Origin: Takakia lepidozioides
Lineage: Eukaryota > Plantae > Bryophyta
Direction of reading: 5' to 3'
Assembly: GCA_030704615.1 (NCBI GenBank)
Contig: CM060731.1
Span: 24,242,001 to 24,306,000 of the forward strand
Length of the DNA: 64,000 nt
Each line of letters starts with the position of its first letter. The stretch's first letter is position 1. Shown here piece by piece: positions 60,905-64,000 of the stretch. Position numbers and translations under genes: made by a program. A model generated the notes under the pieces. The model saw only the letters and a program-made list of their open reading frames with translations, did no database searches and was not told the DNA's origin.

Positions 60905-63900
60905 TTTCCTCCCCCACGCTCCAAGGTTGATGTCCCCATCAACGCTTCTTCCACTTTTGAGGTCGCCTTTCGAAAGCTGCAACCGCCTCGGATGCGTTTC
61001 CCATTTCTGAGGCACGCACCCAAGATGCCTCCACATGATGATAGCCCTTCCATTTGACGAGATACTCCATTTCTCGGTTCCTGAAGACTTAAGTATTGCC
61101 TCCACCTCGTACTCAAGTTCATTTTCATGATCCAACAGCATAGGTGGCGGACGCAACACTTGATGCCGATTCGGACGCGCTTCATCTTTGAAGTAAGGCT
61201 TCAAAAGGGAGACATGGAATACTGGGTGCACCTTGCTGTTTGCCGGCAGCTCCAATTCATACACATCCTCATTCATAACCTTCCGAATGCGAAAGGGTCC
61301 CGCATACGGAGGCACGAACTTCGGACTCACTTCCGGAGGTAGTCGGAAATTCTTGATGTTCAACCAGACCTCTGTGCCTGCCTCAAACTTCACTTCCCTC
61401 CACTTCCGATTCGCCTGCCTTTCATACCGTTTCCTAGCTTTGGCAATATTGTACTTTGCGAGCTTCAACAAACGCTCGCGTTCTTCCAGTACCGCCGCTA
61501 CTGCCGGTTCCTCAACGTCTTGGGCGGCCCAACTTGTCGACACCAGAGGTGCTTTTCCATAGACCAACACGAAAGGGGAAACTCCCGTTGCGGAGTGTTC
61601 TGTGTTATTATAACAGAACTCTGCCGCGTCTAAGTGTTCCATCTAGTCTGATTGGTCTGCCGACACGTAATTCCGCAAGAATTGCTTCACTACGGAATTC
61701 ACTCTTTCTGTTTGGCCGTCCGTCGTAGGTCGGAAGGCGGTGCTCATCTTCAGCCTCGTCCCCATCTTCTTCCAAAGTGCTCTCCAGAATTTACTCGTAA
61801 ACTTTGGATCGCGGTCCGAGACAATATCCTTCGGGACTCCATGATGCTTTAAGACGTGGGCGAAGTAAAGTCGCCTTGTCTCCTGCGCCGTTGCCGTCTC
61901 CTTGGTAGGGATGAAATGGCCCATTTTACTGAACCTATCTACCACCACCATGATTGCATCGAATCCTTTTGACAGCGGCATAGCAGTCATGAAATCCATC
62001 GAGACGCTTTCCCAAGTCCCCTCTGGAATCGGCAAGGGTTGTAACAGCCCCGCTTGCTTTTTGTACTCGCTCCGGTTTTGTTGGCATGTGGTACATGTCT
62101 TGACATACTCCTCTGCCTCCTCCCTCAGTTTGGGCCAGAAATACTCTTTCTTCAAGTGTGCCGCAGTGCGCTTGGCTCCACCGTGGCCCGCAAGCGGGCT
62201 ATCATGGCATTCTCTCAAGAGACTATCCCTGATCTCTCCCTTCGGCACGTAGAGACGCTTTTGCTTGTACCGGAGCAGTCCATTTTGCAAGTGGAACTGC
62301 GATTTAACCCCCATCCTCCTGCATCACGGACTTCGCCAGCTCATCCTTCCGGCAAGCCTTCCGGATCTTCCTTTGGAGTGTCGTCTCGCCCTTGTACACC
62401 AACAAGAGCTGCTGCTTTCTACTTAAAGCATCGGCCACCACATTGTCCCGTCCCGGTTTGTACTGGATATCCACGTCGAACACTGCCAAAGTATCTTGCC
62501 ACCTAAGTTGTTTTGGGGACAACTTGGGCTGCGTGGCAAAATACTTCACCGTGACATTGTCCGTGAACACCTTCACTAGGTTGGAACCAACATAGTGGCA
62601 CCAGAGCTCAAGGCAATGCACCACCGCCTTCATCTCTTTTTCGTGCGTCGGCCACCCTCGCTCCACTTCATTCAGTTTCTTACTTTCGTAAGCCACTGGA
62701 CGTCCATCTTGCATAAGTACACCCCCAATCGCGAAGTCCGACGCATCTGTATGAATCTCAAATGGACGATCGAACTCCGGGATTTTCAAGACTGGAGCTT
62801 CCGCCATCCGCTGCTTCAATTCAGCAAAAGTTGGCCGCATCACCAAGAACTCATATGAACCATACCTTGTCCTGCACGCGGTCTTCTCCTCATCTCCTTC
62901 CGCCACCCGAATTTGGTGATAGCCGGAGCGCAAGTCGATCCGGCTGAAATACTTCGCTCCTACCAACCGATCGAAGAGGTCGTCGATCCTCGGCAAAGGG
63001 TACCGGTTTTTTATAGTCACCTTATTCAGAGCCCTGTAATCGACACACACCCGCAGCGTCCCATCCTTCTTGTCTGCGAATAGCACCGGGGCTCCGTAAG
63101 GTGACTTACTCGGCCGGATGTACCCCTTTGACATTAGATCCTTGAGCTGAGTCTTCAGCTCGACCAACTCTCTGTGGCTCAACCGGTAAGGCGCCTTGGC
63201 AGGCGGTTCCGATCCCGGTATCACCTCAATCTTGTGGTCAACTCCTCTTCGCGGTGGCAAGCCGCTTGGTAAATCCTCCGGCATCACATCCTGGTATTTC
63301 TCCAAAATCCCCTTGATCCAATCTGGGCTCGGTTCCCCATCGCCTTCTCCTTTCACTTCTCTAATGTAAAGCAAAAACTGGGGCTCGTGTGCCTCCTCCA
63401 CGGCCCACTCCTTTGCTGATAGAAGGTTTATTCGCCCTCCCACGGATTTGGGCGTTTCAGACACTCGTAAAACCTCGCCACCATTCCCACATGGCAGCGT
63501 GACTACTCTCTTGCGGCCATCTATGACCGCTCCGGATATGCTCAAAAAGGTCATCCCCAAAATGAGATCCACTCCATCGATCTCGCAGATGGTGAAGTTC
63601 TCACGTCCCTCCCAACTCCCCAGTTGAAGAGGAACATCAATCGCCAACCTTGTCGCCAACTGTGGTTCTCCTTTGGCAGAACGCACCTCAATAGAGGCCC
63701 CAACGTCACTTGTCGGGAGTCCCAGCTTTTGTGCCGTTGCCGGTGTCATGAAGGAGTGCGACGCTCCTGTGTCCACCAACAACGACACATTAGTTCCGGA
63801 TATTATCCCATCCACGAACAATAACTGACTCCCTTTTCGTAAGGTGCCAGTTTCCTGATACAACTCACAAGAAAATTTGCCTACCTTGCAAGTCCTGGCG

Positions 63901-64000
63901 ACCACCGCTTCCACCAAGCGACTGATGGTATCTTCCGACAGCTCCGTGGTCGCCCGAGTCATGTTCAATTGTCGGGGCTTCGTGCACTTCTTGGCCATGT
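59000..64000 (-). mobile_element. Ty3/Gypsy chromovirus LTR retrotransposon, degenerate, cut by the window edge
   Basis: Gag zinc-knuckle end, protease [12 protein letters not shown] start ([27 protein letters not shown]), RNase H ([22 protein letters not shown]), integrase (H..H..C..C, SMDF, VSDRD, TDGQTERVN, GPF) and chromodomain (EYEVEAIL). Frameshifts, a TAG at 61643 and a deleted RT core. Confidence 0.95.

Overview
Eukaryotic nuclear DNA from a land plant, probably a bryophyte or other non-seed plant (inferred from spliceosomal genes, RTE-X-like LINEs and a PsbS-related two-helix gene). Six spliced host genes can be reconstructed: TFB5 (TFIIH subunit), a chloroplast-targeted two-helix PsbS/LHC-like protein with a probable GC-AG intron, a POLTERGEIST-like PP2C, HVA22, a conserved single-pass membrane protein (At3g53490-like) and a histidine-phosphatase/phosphoglycerate-mutase family protein. 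There is also a tRNA-Asp pseudogene. The rest is rich in transposons. Main points: (i) an intronless DNMT3-like C5 cytosine methyltransferase relic that reads on as a polyprotein, probably cargo of an LTR retrotransposon, split by a MITE with a 4-bp TSD; (ii) a precisely delimited Helitron holding a Sola-like DDD transposase between arrays of its own 3' ends; (iii) three copies of one tail-less RTE-X-like LINE, all inserted at TCT, all in introns and all in the host sense orientation; (iv) a candidate antisense gene interleaved with HVA22; (v) Copia remnants, a 58-bp intronic minisatellite and a decayed chromovirus (Ty3/Gypsy) at the right edge. Family assignments come from motif recognition by eye, not from database searches.
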